DNA of 64,000 nucleotides from Trichodelitschia bisporula (lineage: Eukaryota). Shown here piece by piece: positions 1 to 13,242 of the stretch. A program made the translations under genes and the position numbers. The stretch covers positions 612,963-676,962 of the forward strand of contig ML996701.1 of the NCBI GenBank assembly GCA_010356995.1. The letters run 5' to 3'. A model generated the notes under the pieces. It was not told the origin of the DNA, ran no database searches, and saw nothing but the letters and a program-made list of their open reading frames with translations. Numbering within the stretch: position 1 is the first letter of the stretch; each line of letters opens with the position of its first letter.

Positions 1-51
1 CTTCCCATCCCCACTCTCTCCGCAAAACAAGGCTGATGATTTGACCACTAG

Positions 52-1009
52 CTACGTCCCCTGCTGCGCCAGCGGGGACTTCTGCGTGTCCAACGGGCTA
101 TGTCGGTACACGTATAGCCAAGGTGGCGGGAGCGGCTACTATGCTGCGGGATGTACGGATGGGGCGTATGGGCCGGGGACGTGTCCGCAGCTTTGCAGTG
201 CGCTCCCCCTTCCCGCTCTCCTCACATGAAACTAACGGGAGCAAGACAACCAAGGCCACAAAGACGTGATTTTCAAACCAGCACAGCGCATATGGGCTTG
301 CTGTGGCAGCGACGCCTCAGGGCAGAATCCAAATTGCGATAAGCCGACGACGGAGAATTTTGATGCGCCCGAGCCGTCGAGGTTGAGGACGTATTGGCCA
401 CTGGCTGCGGCGGGGAGTACGGCGCCGGCTGGGGGGGAGGGGGGGAGGGGGAGGGAGACGACGAGTAGTGCGAGTATGACGGCGGCTGTTCCTGTGAGCA
501 GTGCGAGCAGCGCGACCACCACGGAAAGGATTAGGCTAAGGCCCACGGTTACAGCGGTGAGCAATTCGTCTGTGAGCGCCGGGCTGGCGGGCGGGATTGG
601 GGCGGCGGCCGCGGTGGTTGCGTTACTTGCTGGCGGGCTGGCGTGGTTTCTGATAGCGAGGAGGAGGAGACGGCGGGAGGCGGGGTTGCTTGCGGGGGAG
701 ACGAGTTATGCGCCGTTGGGGCCGGGGGGGATGGAGGGGCATATGGGCCCGCCTCCGGGGAGTGGGCATGGGGGAGGGGGGATGGGAGGGATGAATGGGA
801 TGAACGGGGTGAGGGCGGTGGATGGAGGGGAGCTGGAGAATAAGGTGTGGCAGGCGGAGCCGGCGGAGCTTATGAATAAACGTTCGCATAGTCCGGCGGA
901 GCTCCCGCTTACGCCGCATGAGTTGCCGAGTCCGGAGGGGGGGAATTTGAGGACGGCGCTTAGTGGGTCGACGTTGGGGGCTCAGGAGAGGGGGAAGGGG
1001 GTGCGATGA
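52..1009 (+). CDS. Single-pass membrane protein, 5'-partial (Cys-rich ectodomain, Ser/Thr/Ala stalk, TM, basic stop-transfer; Mid2/WSC-like architecture)
   Basis: Exon 52-197 (YVPCCASGDFCVSNGLC...GCTD...CPQLC) follows an intron ending ACTAG at 51. Intron 198-245 has GTGCGC, CTAAC and AAG signals. Exon 246-1009 has WACC, a TM segment GIGAAAAVVALLAGGLAWFLIA followed by RRRRRR, and a cytoplasmic tail with AEL motifs. Confidence 0.75.
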
Positions 1010-1433
1010 AGGGGGTGAGGGGATGAGGCATTGGGTGGTGTTTGGCGTGGGTTGGGTGGTTGGTCTTCGAGGGGCGTAGTTATCACGGCTGTTTGGGCTG
1101 TTAGCAGTGTTTATGGCTTCATGAGAGATGGCTTCGAGGTTTTATGTGTATTCTAATCGGTAGAGTTTCTGGAAGAGATGTTTGTACAGAAATCGAGTAT
1201 TGTCCCGAACAGCGTGGTGATGAGTTGTCGTTGGGTGTTTGATGTGGAGCTGTGGGGGTCGGCGCTTACAGCAGCCTAATTCCGCCCCCGGCGCTTACCG
1301 CGCTTCCCCAACCTTTGCTCAAGGCTCAGGCTCCATCACGACAGCTGCACCTCATATTCCATCTCCAACCCAACGCCCCAACAAACCCGCCACCGTACCC
1401 CAACCTACCCCATCCCCTCCATATTCCGCAGCC

Positions 1434-2603
1434 ATGCCGGCTACCACCGCCGAAACCCTCTCCCTCATCTCCACAAAGCACGTCTCCATCGCGCCGCTCG
1501 TGCTCCTCTCCGTCGCCGACCACTACGCCCGTGAGGGCGCCACATCCAAGAAGCGCGTCGTGGGCGTGATTCTAGGGCAGAACAACGGGACAGATGTGCG
1601 GGTGTCCAACAGTTTTGCGGGTGGGTTGTGCAGTCACTGCGGTGGGAGGCGATGCTGATTGCGGGGCAGTTCCCTTCGAGGAGGATGAGAAGGACCCGCT
1701 CGTGTGGTTCCTTGACCACAACTATGTCGAGTCGATGAATGATATGTTCAAGAAGGTGAACGCGCGCGAGAAGCTCGTCGGCTGGTATCATTCTGGGCCT
1801 AAGCTCCGCGCGTCGGATCTTGAGATCAACGAGCTGTTCAAGAGGTACACGCCGGACCCGCTGTTGGTCATCGTCGATGCGCAGCCTAAGGAGGTGGGCG
1901 TGCCGACGGACGCTTACTTTGCGGTGGAGGAGATCAAAGACGTAATACCACTCGTTGTGCTTGGGCGACAAGTTGCTGACAATCGCAGGACGGAACCGCC
2001 ACCACCAAGACCTTCGTGCACACCCCTTCTACCATCGAGGCCGAGGAGGCAGAGGAAATCGGCGTCGAGCACCTTCTCCGCGATATTCGTGACGTCGCTG
2101 TCGGCACGCTGAGCACCCGCATAACGTCGCAGCTGCAGTCGCTCCAGGGCCTTCACCTCCGCCTGCGAGACATTGGGACATATCTGCAAAAGGTGCTGGA
2201 TGGCCAGCTCCCCGTCAATCATGCCATCCTAGGCTTGCTACAAGACGTCTTCAACCTGCTGCCCAACCTGTCGTCATCGACAGCGCCCCCGACGGCATCC
2301 AAGGAGGGGAACACGATTGCGGGAGACAACAGCGAGCTTGCGCGCGCCATGAGCATCAAGACGAACGACCAGCTCATGGCCATCTACTTATCGAACCTGA
2401 TCCGCGCCATCACCGCTTTCCACGACCTCATCGAGAACAAGATCCAGAACCGGCGGCCGCAAGACGAAGAGGGCTCCAAGGACGACAAGAAGAAGGACGA
2501 CGAAAAGAAGGAAGGCGAAGGCAAGGAGGGAGAAGAGAAGAAGGCCAGCGAGACCAAGGAGGGCGACAAGGACAAGGGCGAAGCGCCGGAAAAGAAGAAG
2601 TAG
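1434..2603 (+). CDS. rpn8: 26S proteasome lid subunit Rpn8 (PSMD7, MPN domain)
   Basis: Exons 1434-1620, 1670-1941 and 1989-2603. Motifs include [52 protein letters not shown] and [16 protein letters not shown], plus a KE-rich tail. Confidence 0.97.
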
Positions 2604-3751
2604 AGGAGGATGGAGCAGTTGTAGATGGTAATGTTAACAGCGAACTGGACACGACGCACGGGCGAGATGTAACATAAAGCGGTTCCGGCGCTGATCTAGC
2701 AAGGCAGCAGCGTGCTGGACGGCCCGACCCTGGAGTGGAATGCATTACGACTACGGCGATCGGCTATAGACGCGTCCTGGCTGTGGTCGGGCGGTATTTC
2801 AGCATATCTTCGCGTTCGGACGTGCCGTGATCCTGTCGGAGTCTTAAGCTTCGTCGTTATCCCGTTCCCGGATGCCGCCATGACTGTACAGCGGGACTCC
2901 TTGCTTTTACTGACACTACCGACTTCCCCAGGGATCTGCCCGGCTAAGTTTTGTTCTGTGCTGAACTAATCGGTGGCGCAGGTTTGGCTCGGATTGCGAT
3001 CTACGCCCTGATCCGGAAGTGGCATGGGCTATCCGCATGATCTTTATCCCGATCTTCGACGGGCAACAACATACCCTTTGATGTGGTTATGGAAGGAGCA
3101 TTCTTATATAAGCAAGGAACCTGATGTAGTGTGAGAAAGGAGCAAAGGACGATACTTGGCATCGTGTATTTGAATCTCGAGAGTCTCTGACTCTCATCCT
3201 CTCTTTGTCTTCTACTTCAATCTTCAGTTTACACTGATGTTACTGCCTGTAAGAGCCTTTCTCCCATCACCCTTTGACTTTACTTTCCGCTGATGCGCGA
3301 GATAGATCGACTGATTCGTTTATCTAGTCCTTAAATATTCTCATCACATCCCGCTAAACGCTACCGAGATATGGCCCTCGATCTCGGCTCTCTTAGGGCA
3401 TCGATCACGGAACGCTCAGGATCAGAGCGCGGGAAGACCACCATCAATACGACTCGTTTCACGGAGATCGCAGCCCATTATGAGATGCCAGATACCCGAT
3501 ACTATTTCTCCCATTCGCCCATCTGCGGGCATCGCAGATCGGCATCTGGAACCCCCACCAATGGCGCCGTCGGGGGTATATTAAATTGATGAGAAGTGTC
3601 CGCACTAGTCGCGACCAGACCTGCATATAGAGCGCGCACTAATTCTAGCCCCACGATAGCGATTTATCGCCAAGTCGTCGCCTCTCGACTCTTTCTTCAA
3701 CTCCAGTCCTTTCTGCACATGGGATCGTCCCACGCTGCTCATTCTTCAATC

Positions 3752-4656
3752 ATGTTGACTCTTCTCGTCCTCGTCGCTGCTCTTGTGGCCTGTGTCGCCG
3801 GCCAGAGGGGTGGTGGTGCCGGCTCTCAGCACTGGAAACACGGTCCTACGTTCGGGTGGCGCACCAGTCGGAGCAAGTCGTACATTATCGAGGCCGAGAC
3901 GACGCTGCACCCGGGCTTACCGCCAGCGGGAAAGTTGCCGCGACTGGCGCTGTGGCCGGGGCTGGACACGAAGGATGGCCTGGTGCAGCCGATTATTGTG
4001 TCGACGAAGAAGGAGGAGTACGCGAAGTGCAAGACGACTGAGACCCAGTGGTGTGTTTTCGCAAGTTACCTGAAGTATCCGTTGACGCAGAAGATGGGGA
4101 ACCAGGTGGTTATGGAGGGGACGGATGCGCTTACTATGAAGTGTGAGTTGGGTTTTGGGGGGTGGAATTGGGCTGATTTGGGCAGTCAAGTACAATAAGA
4201 CGGTTGGAGGGTATGAGCAGTGGTTGTATTTGAAGGGGAGTATGGTGTCGTACGTTGCTTCGCGTAAGTCTCACATTCTTCTGTTTTTTTTTGGATGTGC
4301 TAATGCGATGGAGCGACTGGTATGTCGAAGAGCTTCTACACCGATGTCGAGTGCCAGCAGGATCACGTCGGAGTTGTCAAGGCGCACAGTAAGCCTCCTC
4401 ACCTGCTCACCAACCCAGCCGCTCTAACCCAGCCTCAGACTACACGGAAACGAAAATCACGCTCTCGGAGGCCGACCCGCAGTGGGGCCTGAACCCGAGC
4501 AACCACGCCATGGCTTGCGCGGACAAGATCTCCACGCCGGATGGCGGCAAGACGTGGATTGTTCCGACGATAAGGGTGAGCGAGAGCGTGGCGCTGAGGG
4601 ATTATACGAATAGTGGGGCGGTGAAGCCGGGGCCGGTTATTTGTGCAGGTCGTTGA
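3752..4656 (+). CDS. Secreted protein of unknown function
   Basis: Signal peptide MLTLLVLVAALVACVAG. Exons 3752-4142, 4186-4263, 4314-4388 and 4439-4656 join in frame. Motifs include LALWPGL, QWCVFAS, FYTDVEC and STPDGGKTW. Confidence 0.75.
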
Positions 4657-6607
4657 GGGAGGTTAGGAATTGAGTTCCTGTTGGAAATGTGTGTTTTTTG
4701 GTGATTGTGAAGGACTTGGTGATGTGGACTTGGGGGCCAACTTTCGGCCCTTTGCGACACTGATATCGCGCCATTGCGCACTGTCGACCTCGGTGCGAAG
4801 ATGGTGAGCCCTGCGGTTGATGAAGGCGAGTACAACTGCCGGATGGACGTCCAACAACCTGGACTGGCTGATATCGACCGAATTTGCGGCCCGAGCGAAA
4901 GGGCGACAGGATCTACTTTCGGATTCTAGCGCGTTGCCTTTGGCCTTGATATCAGTTCTCGTGGTTCAACGGTCATTCCCTCGGCGGATCCTACTCCGAC
5001 ATGAACGGAACTTTCCAAAGAGACAATGAAGAGTGCGGATGATTCAGCCCGATATCAAGCAAGCGAGAGCGAACTTATACTACCAGGGTTATCCACCGAT
5101 CAAGTTCCGTGGGGGCGACAATCCGGGCTCTGAGTTAGCCCCTGGACCAGCTTCTGGTGTAGATACCTAAGGCGAATAGGGCTTTAATGTATGTGTGGCA
5201 CCAGAGAAGCGTATTTGCCGTTGGAAGGAACGTGTCAGTCTTGATAAGAGACATGGCAACGGGGAAGGCGACATCATGTATTGTGTACGTGATGGGAGGA
5301 AGACGCATACGTGAGGAGAGGACACATAGTCTAACACAGGTAAGTTAGTCTGGCATCGCATCTCCTCTCCCTCTTTTTCACGATCTTTCACTTCGCACAG
5401 TAACCATTACAAGTGTCAAGCCTATGCTTGTACTGGCTTCTCAGCTACCCGGGTGCAGAAACGTGCACGAAAGTTGATAATTGACTCCAATGGTTCTTCC
5501 GTGACTAGATCAACACTTACCAGGTTAGATTGTAGTATCCGCCAACGCATAGTCAAAGCCCTACGTCTGCTAATCGACGTCTGCCTGGTGCTCTGCTACC
5601 TTACGCTCCGTGGAATGGCGCGTTCGCTGGACACCGATTTCCGCGCGCCGCCCACGTGCACTAAGATCTGGCAGATGAGTTGAGGATCTTTATCGCTATC
5701 GTCGCATTCGGTCTAACCACAGCTCGCGTAGAACGCGTTCTAGTGATCGACGCAACGATCCACCCTGGCCCGACTTCAGGCTGTTGGGATTCAATACCGT
5801 TCTCGAGCGAGCGGAGCTGTCAGCCAGGTCCCGAGGATCAGGCGGGTGGAGTGCACATGCTTTAAACCCCGGGATCCGTGCTACAGGCGGGTTGCGCCGC
5901 CCAACGTGGACGGTGAAGGCGGATATTGCCATAGTGCGGCGAATTGGGGCGTGGGTGAACCGGGAATTGGGACGGGTGGGATTCTGCGCTTTCGGGCCGG
6001 AGAGGGCTGGTCCGGGAAGGTATTGGCCGTCGCGTATTGCGATGCAATGTACTCCCGACCTTACGTGCCTGGGCTAATTTATGGATAGTTCACACCTCAA
6101 TCCTGGATTCATTAAAGGACGCGCGAGACAAGCGAACGTGCCATGGCGCTGCGGCGAATGGACGTTTGAGACCGTACAACGAGGCTGGGCTCGAGATTGG
6201 GCGAAGAGCTAGACGGCTTGGTGCGCTCATGGCCGTTATGAATGACGGCCTTATTTTAGTCGCATCTGCAATGCCCCTCACGATCCTGCTAGGAACGCTG
6301 AGCGTAGCAGCCAATGGGCAAATCTTCCGAGTCGTTGGGCCGGCGCTCGTAGATCTGGTTAAACGACGGCGACTCGGCTGCCATCCGTCCCCGGCATACC
6401 CCCCCGATCCATACGCATGCCCGGCACCCAGCCAGCCATTTAGACCAGTCATTTCCAGATCTCAACTTGCACAACATGGGCGACGACAGAACACCTCAGC
6501 CTACTGCTACTCGCCGATACGGATAGGAACCCCGCGCCCCGCCCGCCAGCGCGGTGTCTACTGGCTCCTAACGGAACACCCACGCGATCCACCCGCCCTC
6601 ACGACCC

Positions 6608-8826
6608 ATGGCGCCAGTCCTCCGCCTTCTCTTCTGGCTCGCAGCCTCATGCAGCGCCGTTCGCGCGGCGCGTCGCACACGTTCTGGGATCGAAGTCCCC
6701 GGCCCGGACGAGGACCCTTTCTACGCCGCGCCTCCCGGAATTGAGTCCCTCGCGCCGGGCACAATCGTGCGCTCGCGGCCAGCGCCCGCGCCACTCAGCT
6801 TGGACAACAAAAGCGCGCTGAAACCAAAGGCGGTATGGCAGTTGCTGTACCGGACGCAGAATAGCGTGGGCAAGCCCGAGGTCACGGTTGCGACGGTGAT
6901 TATCCCGCACAATGCGAAGCTGGGGAATGTGTTCAGTTACGGGTACTTTTCGGTGAGTTCACGGCCACTGCGTGGTGGCGGGGTAAGGCTAATGTGAGGT
7001 GATAGGATGCGGCGTATAATGCGTGCGGACTGCCGTGGACTAATGAGAGGGGAGGCGCTGACGTTTTCCAGATGCAATCCATCTATATCCATGCTGGTCG
7101 GCACACGTGACGATAATTACATCACGCAGTACCAGAACATCATTACCATCGCCGCGCTCAACGAGGGCTGGGTTGTGGTCGTTGCCGACGATGGCGGGCC
7201 GCAGGCATCGTTTTGTAAGTTCATACTCCTGCTGGTGGAGTGAGTTTGGCTCATCGCCCCAGCCGCCGGTCCCCATGCGGGATATGCGACGCTGGATAGT
7301 CTGCGCGCGGTGATCGCGTCGGGCAACATCACCGGCGTGTCTTCTGACCCGATCATCACGCTGTTCGGCTACTCCGGCGGCTCGTTCAGCATGTCGTTCG
7401 CGTCCGAATTGCACCCGCACTACGCGCCAGAACTCAAAATCGCAGGCGCGGCCGTCGGCGGCATATCGCCTAACGTCACCTACCTCGTGGAGGAGGACAA
7501 TGGCAAGCCCTGGGCCATGTTTGGGCCCCCGGTGTTGCTCGGTATCTCGCACGACTACCCTGACTTCGCGCAGTGGCTGAGCGAGAACCTGATCCCGGAA
7601 CACGAGGCTGAGTTCCGGCAGGCGGAGAAGCAGTGCGTGAGCGCGAATCATATGTTTGAGAATAAGCCGACGGAGTACTTTTTCAAAAAGGGGGTTGCGG
7701 GGTTTAAGGAGCCTCTTCCCTTTAATGTCACGGAGAGCGCGGGTAAGTGGCCCTAGTGATGGAAGAATGAGGCTGATGTGTTAGGCTCGATGGGCACGCG
7801 CGGTCCGCCGAAGATCCCGTGGTATATGTACGGGGTATGCACACTCCCCTCCAAGCTTACTGATAGCTGACGCCCACATAGAGCGTAGGCGACGACTCCG
7901 CCCCAGTCGACCTTGCCGACAAGCTGTACGTAAGCCACTGCAAACAGGGAGCAAACATCTACTACGAACGCAACCCAATCCCCATGTCTCACAAAACCGA
8001 ATGCCTCTATGCGACCCCTGGGGCCTTTGTCTGGCTGCAGGACCGTCATGCGGGCAAACCTATCGTGCCAGGCTGCTCCACCGCCGCGCTGACTACGGAA
8101 TCGGTTCGCGGCGTTGTTGAGGGCGTTTTTTTCAAGGCGGTTAGGGATAATTTGGCGGCGTGGGCGAGTCAGGACGAAATTGGTCCGAAGGTGGGGGTGA
8201 ACCAGACGGTGGTAAACCCTCTGATTGCACCGTGGACGAATGCATCTATCGCCGAGCTGCCGAAGCCGCCGAATCCGCTGCCCAGTGAACCGGTCCCGGC
8301 CCCTGGTGCGCCGGTTGTTACGCCGGAGGTGCCCCTCATTCCCGTCCCCTCGCCTACACCGCAGACGGCTGCATCTGCCTCGGCGTCGGGAGAGACCGTA
8401 CCGCCGATTGCCGCTACGCCGGTGGCCGAGCCAGCCACCCCTGTATCCGAACCCGCGGCTGTGACGCCGTCTGCCCCGGTTGCTGAAACACCGACGGTCC
8501 CGGCATCGGTATCGGAGGCGGTGACTACGTCAGACCCGGCGAATACTGCGGCGCCTGCTGCTCCGACGCCAGGGACCCCTGCGGCACCGGCGGCTCCAAC
8601 GCCCGAGGCACCTGCCGCTACAGTACCGAAGGCGAAGGGTAAGGGTGGGAGACCGAAGGCCCCGAAGGCCCCGAAGACGGCCAAGGGGCCGAAGATGCCG
8701 AAGATGCCTCGCGGGAAGGGGGCGAAGGGGAAGGGAAGTGGTGGGGTTAGTGGGGTTAGTGGGCTTGTGTTGATGGCGGAAGAGGAGGAAGGGGAGAGGC
8801 TTGTTGAGCGGGGGTGGAGGGGATAG
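6608..8826 (+). CDS. Secretory lipase (LIP family, alpha/beta hydrolase) with Pro/Ala/Thr-rich and Lys/Gly/Pro-rich C-terminal extension
   Basis: Signal peptide, then P.EDPFY..P...PGTIVRSR, WQLLYRT, nucleophile motif GYSGG and YAPEL.IAGAAVGG. Exons approximately 6608-6951, 7006-7022 (17-nt microexon), 7072-7213, 7263-7742, 7785-7834 and 7882-8826. Confidence 0.9.
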
Positions 8827-9479
8827 AGGCTGGTGGGATGGGGCGATGTATTATAGATGGATTTGGTGTGTGTATATGGTTATGGATATGTTATGCTACA
8901 GCTGTGCGCTTCGGCTCCGCCTCTGGATTGGGACTTGTATCGTTCGAATTGGCGAGGATGCTGGGAAGATGGGTTGGGCTCTGGGACGGGGTATGACGTG
9001 GGGGTAGTGAATGACTGCCACCTCGTGGATCGCTCTTGCCGCCTCGTGGGTCGCTCTTGCTTCCCCGACACCCTCCCACCGGTCATACCCCTCTCCGTTC
9101 TTGCCGTTTGAGAGGGATGAGTCACCTTTGGCCGTGAAAAACTTCTTTGAAAAGCCTTCACACTCCTCCACATTTCTTTCTCCTCTCCACATCATCACAT
9201 CAACACACCAACGAACAACCGTCCACTTCATTTTCATCTATGCCTCTTCTCCGAGCTTATTGCATAAATATATACCAAGTGAAGGCGTCCGCTCCACAGA
9301 CTGCTGAAGACTTTCTTACGCGTCATGCGTGTATGTATTCATGAAGCCTTCAACTCCAGCTTCGCACATTTGTCACCGTCTCCGGAACCATCAAATCACT
9401 CTTTCAACTCCGCAAGTCCAAACCGCTATACTGCCCTTTAGCGCACGTACCGCTGTTGCTTTCCACTGTTGCGACGTTC

Positions 9480-9780
9480 CCGACTCCGGCTGAGACTGAC
9501 CCCATGCACGTCTTGGTTAATACCGGCAATAGCGAAAGACCGGTATTTCAGATCTTAAAAGCCGCGTCTACCCCTCTTCCTCGTGAAAGGGAAGAAGCAG
9601 GTGGACCAAATCGAGGCGCAATGCTTCGGTGAAATGTTGGCCTACGTCTTACACCGGGCTCAACTTCTCTATGACGGCGGCCCCCCCCCCTGCCAGCCTG
9701 GAGACGCTGCAGTCGACGATGCTCTACGCAAGCGTGCGCGGTTTGAATCGGAAGGATATCGGAGATTTGGGAGTTAACGC
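9480..9780 (+). pseudogene. Possible decayed gene fragment (LFLVKGKK...EAQCFGEMLA), weakly reminiscent of fungal PD-(D/E)XK-like proteins
   Basis: Protein-like stretches are split over different frames and no intact ORF exists. The family resemblance is from memory only. Confidence 0.2.
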
Positions 9781-10473
9781 CTCGTTGGTCAGTCGAACAG
9801 AACGATGGCGTCCCTATGGCCAAGCTTCGCAAGCCACTGGGGGCCTTTCTGCAAGAGGAAGCGAAGAGGAATCCTGATGTTGGGCTGTGGAAGGGTGCTG
9901 AAGGCGGAGGATATTGTGAGGGGGAGTGAGGAGATGGAGAAGAGGAAGAAGAGGAGGGTGGTGGGGGCATTGAGGTGGCCCCTCAGAACTTCGCTTCATG
10001 GCGCACGGTCTTGACTACGCAGTCCAAAGCATTCTTTTACTTCCGCCCCTGTTGGGCGGTCCCTGCCTTAGGTCGACCGTCACAAACGCGCTCGGGAACC
10101 ACCAGTGGCAGAATTGCTGTTATTGGTTTTGTACCAAGGGAGGGTGAAATTGACCGCCGCGCATCGGCAGACGTTACTCGTGAGCGGGCTGGATTGATGA
10201 ATGCCATGCTCAGCAGTAGTCTTGCTTCGCCCATCACCCAAACACCCGAACCCTTTCAACAATTCTCACCACCGCTCTCGCCGCCGCCATTCCTCGCCAC
10301 GTTTCCGGTATATAGAGCCTGGGGCTCATCACCCCGCGTTGAGCTTGACAACCGGGCGAGTTGGGGTGCAGGGGTTGACGTGAGTTGTTACCTCGTCCCC
10401 CACGGAAACCACCTCACTCTAGCTCACCTTCCGCAGCACCTACACCATCTCAAAAAACTTATTTGTTGTACTC

Positions 10474-10792
10474 ATGAAGCGCCCACCAATTCTTTGCTGC
10501 GCTCGCTGCGGCGAGGAGGGGCATGCCACACAACTGTGTACTAAACTCCGATCTGTATGTTCTTCCCTCTATTCCCCGCACACAGCTAATCCTAGGGCAG
10601 AAGAAGGCACGCATTGCTCAGTGGGAGATCTCCGCCGAATATGCCTCCCGCACCGAAGGCCCCCAAGCCACTACCACTCGAAATAGCTCACCGCATGCCA
10701 CCGAATACGCCAATTCAGGTTTTCAAACTGTCAAACCCCGGCGCGATATGGGCAATCCCGCCATCCGCTTTATGCGTTCCATTAGAGAGTGA
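10474..10792 (+). CDS. Small CCHC zinc-knuckle protein (putative)
   Basis: Exon 10474-10554 encodes CARCGEEGHATQLC (CX2CX4HX4C). Phase-0 intron 10555-10600 (GTATGT...GCTAAT...CAG). The second exon is open to TGA at 10792. Confidence 0.5.
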
Positions 10793-12065
10793 GAACGAAA
10801 TTCTATCTGAAGTTAAGGATAGCCTATCGTGTCCAGCAGCGTGAGTAGCCCTATACGGGCTCGCTGGAGTCGGGTATGTCCCCTGGGTTGCTGAACAACA
10901 CCGACTGACCTATTACAGCAAGTCACAGCTGATGTGGGTTCCCGGACCCAGTTAGTTGGAGTATCTTCAATTTTGCTTTTGCTCCCAATCACTGCTCGTG
11001 ACACTGTCTTGCCACACCAACAGCTCGCCATCGCAACTTTTTCTTCAATGTGCTCCCGTACTAGGGCTGGTGAGACTAGGAGACTTGTATATGTTGATGT
11101 GGGGAAGGTGTGTAGGGAGTTAGTGCAGGCATACCTCACTTGTGGAGTCATTTGAGCAGCCTCAGTGGAATATTGTAGCAGGAGCATACCGTGTACAGTA
11201 GGAGACAAGGACCGGCGCACACTGACAGCGGAGAAGGAGGCCTCGGTGGAGCCTCACACTTAGTCTCGCAGTCCCCCGGACCCAGTCAATTTCATTGTCT
11301 TTTCACTCAGATTTTGCTTACACTGCCTGTTGTGCGTTGTCTGCCTACACCACATATTCGGGTTCATGGGGCGTTTGGGCGCAAGCGGGTGTTTCGGACA
11401 CGACCACAGCGACCCCCAATTCTGATCATGAAGCCTCGGTGGAATGTGCTGCACTTTCTCTCTGTCTGAAGATTGTCCGCTTCGCCTGCGCCAGTGAATT
11501 CTCATTTCGTTCGGCCTCACGATGGCGTCTCATTTCTTCAAGGCTAGTCTTCATTCCGTATACTCGCCCTCCAGTCCAGCTAACCGCCCAAAAAGACCAT
11601 AGCCGCCAGTTCCGACAACAGCAACATGAACTTCGGAGACTGCTCCGGAAGTAGAATATAAGTGAAGCTCGATGCGTGTCACGGAATCCTCGCAAGACAC
11701 GTGCCATCCACTTGATAACCACCCTCATCAAAATTGCTGAAGGCAATGGTTAATGACTGCTAGGCAGGGCTCGTGTTGACTGGTAGGGCTCCTCCCCAGG
11801 GTGTCTGCCAAGAGATGATAGCGTGAAGGGATATTTGTACGATAGCATCGTTGGGACTTATACCCTTCAACCCGACTTTGTGAATTTGAACCTCAACCTA
11901 TCAAGGTCCGTTTGGTGCCCAGTGACAATGAGCAGAGTCCATTTTTCCTGATGCTAGGCTCCCTCTGCCTGACTGTGACTGCTTTTGTATCGAGCTCCGA
12001 GTCGTGTACGCTGAGGCTTTTGCGGTCTACCCACTGAATTTTCTGGTTGAGTGCTGTGTCAAGAT

Positions 12066-12163
12066 CGCGCCGCCCCGCGCCGCCGGGCCGGGCCGTCCCG
12101 CAAGGTGGAAGACAAGGAGTTGCGATTGGTTGTACTTCCCGCATCGTAGGCTTCAATCGGCTA
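12066..12163 (-). repeat. Dispersed repeat, copy 1 (inverted relative to 40978-41075)
   Basis: Ungapped hand alignment of the reverse complement to 40978-41075 gives about 75 of 98 identities, including the core CCTTGCGGGACGGCCCG. Confidence 0.85.
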
Positions 12164-13242
12164 CTAAAAGGAAAAAATAGTGTTTTTGTACCAACTGTAT
12201 GTCCTTGTGGGATTCATGGAGTGGGTGCGCAGTTGCGAAATGACGATCGACGCCAGTTCAGCCTCGTGGCTTGGCGCAAGGCTGGACGTTGACAAAGTGT
12301 CTTTATTCTTGCACGTCAGCTGTCCTTTGCTTGCGATTTTGTTTTCGGAAAAGGAGAATGAGGTTTTAGAGAAACCTAAGAGGGCAGCTGGGACGGAATC
12401 AGGACGTTGGTGACTGGCGTGGACGGGCGTGCGGCTCATCTCGGGGTTGGGAGGCAAGGCTGACATCGATCTGGGCCGGTTCTGACAAGGTTCTTTGTAG
12501 GACTTGTCCCGCTCGGTATCATCTACAGCTCTCAATCATAACATTTGCTAGCCATGTTACAGGATCAGCGTCGGTAGTGGGCGTACAGCCGCTTGTCGTA
12601 ACCGGGCGCGCGAATTGGAATAAACATGAGCTGAGTAAATGCTTCCATGTGCTAATCATAATCCAAAGGCTTTACCTCACCATTCAAAATCGACAAAGGA
12701 CGGAAGGAGGCCATGAGCTTCAAGATCATTCTAAGGCACGAGGCGAGCGCTTTTGCTTGATCCCAGAGGCCGCAGTAAATCCGTGATCTGAGCATCACTA
12801 CACCGACTAATTTCACAAGGCATGAAAGGGCCAACCGCCGTGCGGTTCAGCTTCACCATCATTGACATCAACCGCATGAATTAGCCCTTAATCCAGTACG
12901 GCATAAGAGGAGAGAGGTAAAGCGGCTAGGTGTCGTTGACTGTGGTGACGAAGGAAATATGAAGCTGGATTCGACCGATCGCTGAGATGAGCTGAGCCGA
13001 TATGACGAGCAGCGGAGGAACCTTTAGCCGAGACGTGGAGAAGCCGAGGCGCGCACGTGAAATCGTTTCCCGATTGGCGGGCTTTACCTGGGTGGAGACG
13101 CGCCATGGATCCCAAGCATCCCGCCCTCCCCCAGACAAACACCCCAACCTCTATCTAACACTCCACCTCCTGTGCATGTAACCAGCCACAACATCATCGA
13201 ACCTTCCCGCCGACGGGTGAGCGACATCGCCCGCAATCCACA

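Noticed and set aside
10800..12060. Possible transposon remnant
   Set aside because: No RT, integrase or transposase motifs and no terminal repeats were recognised.
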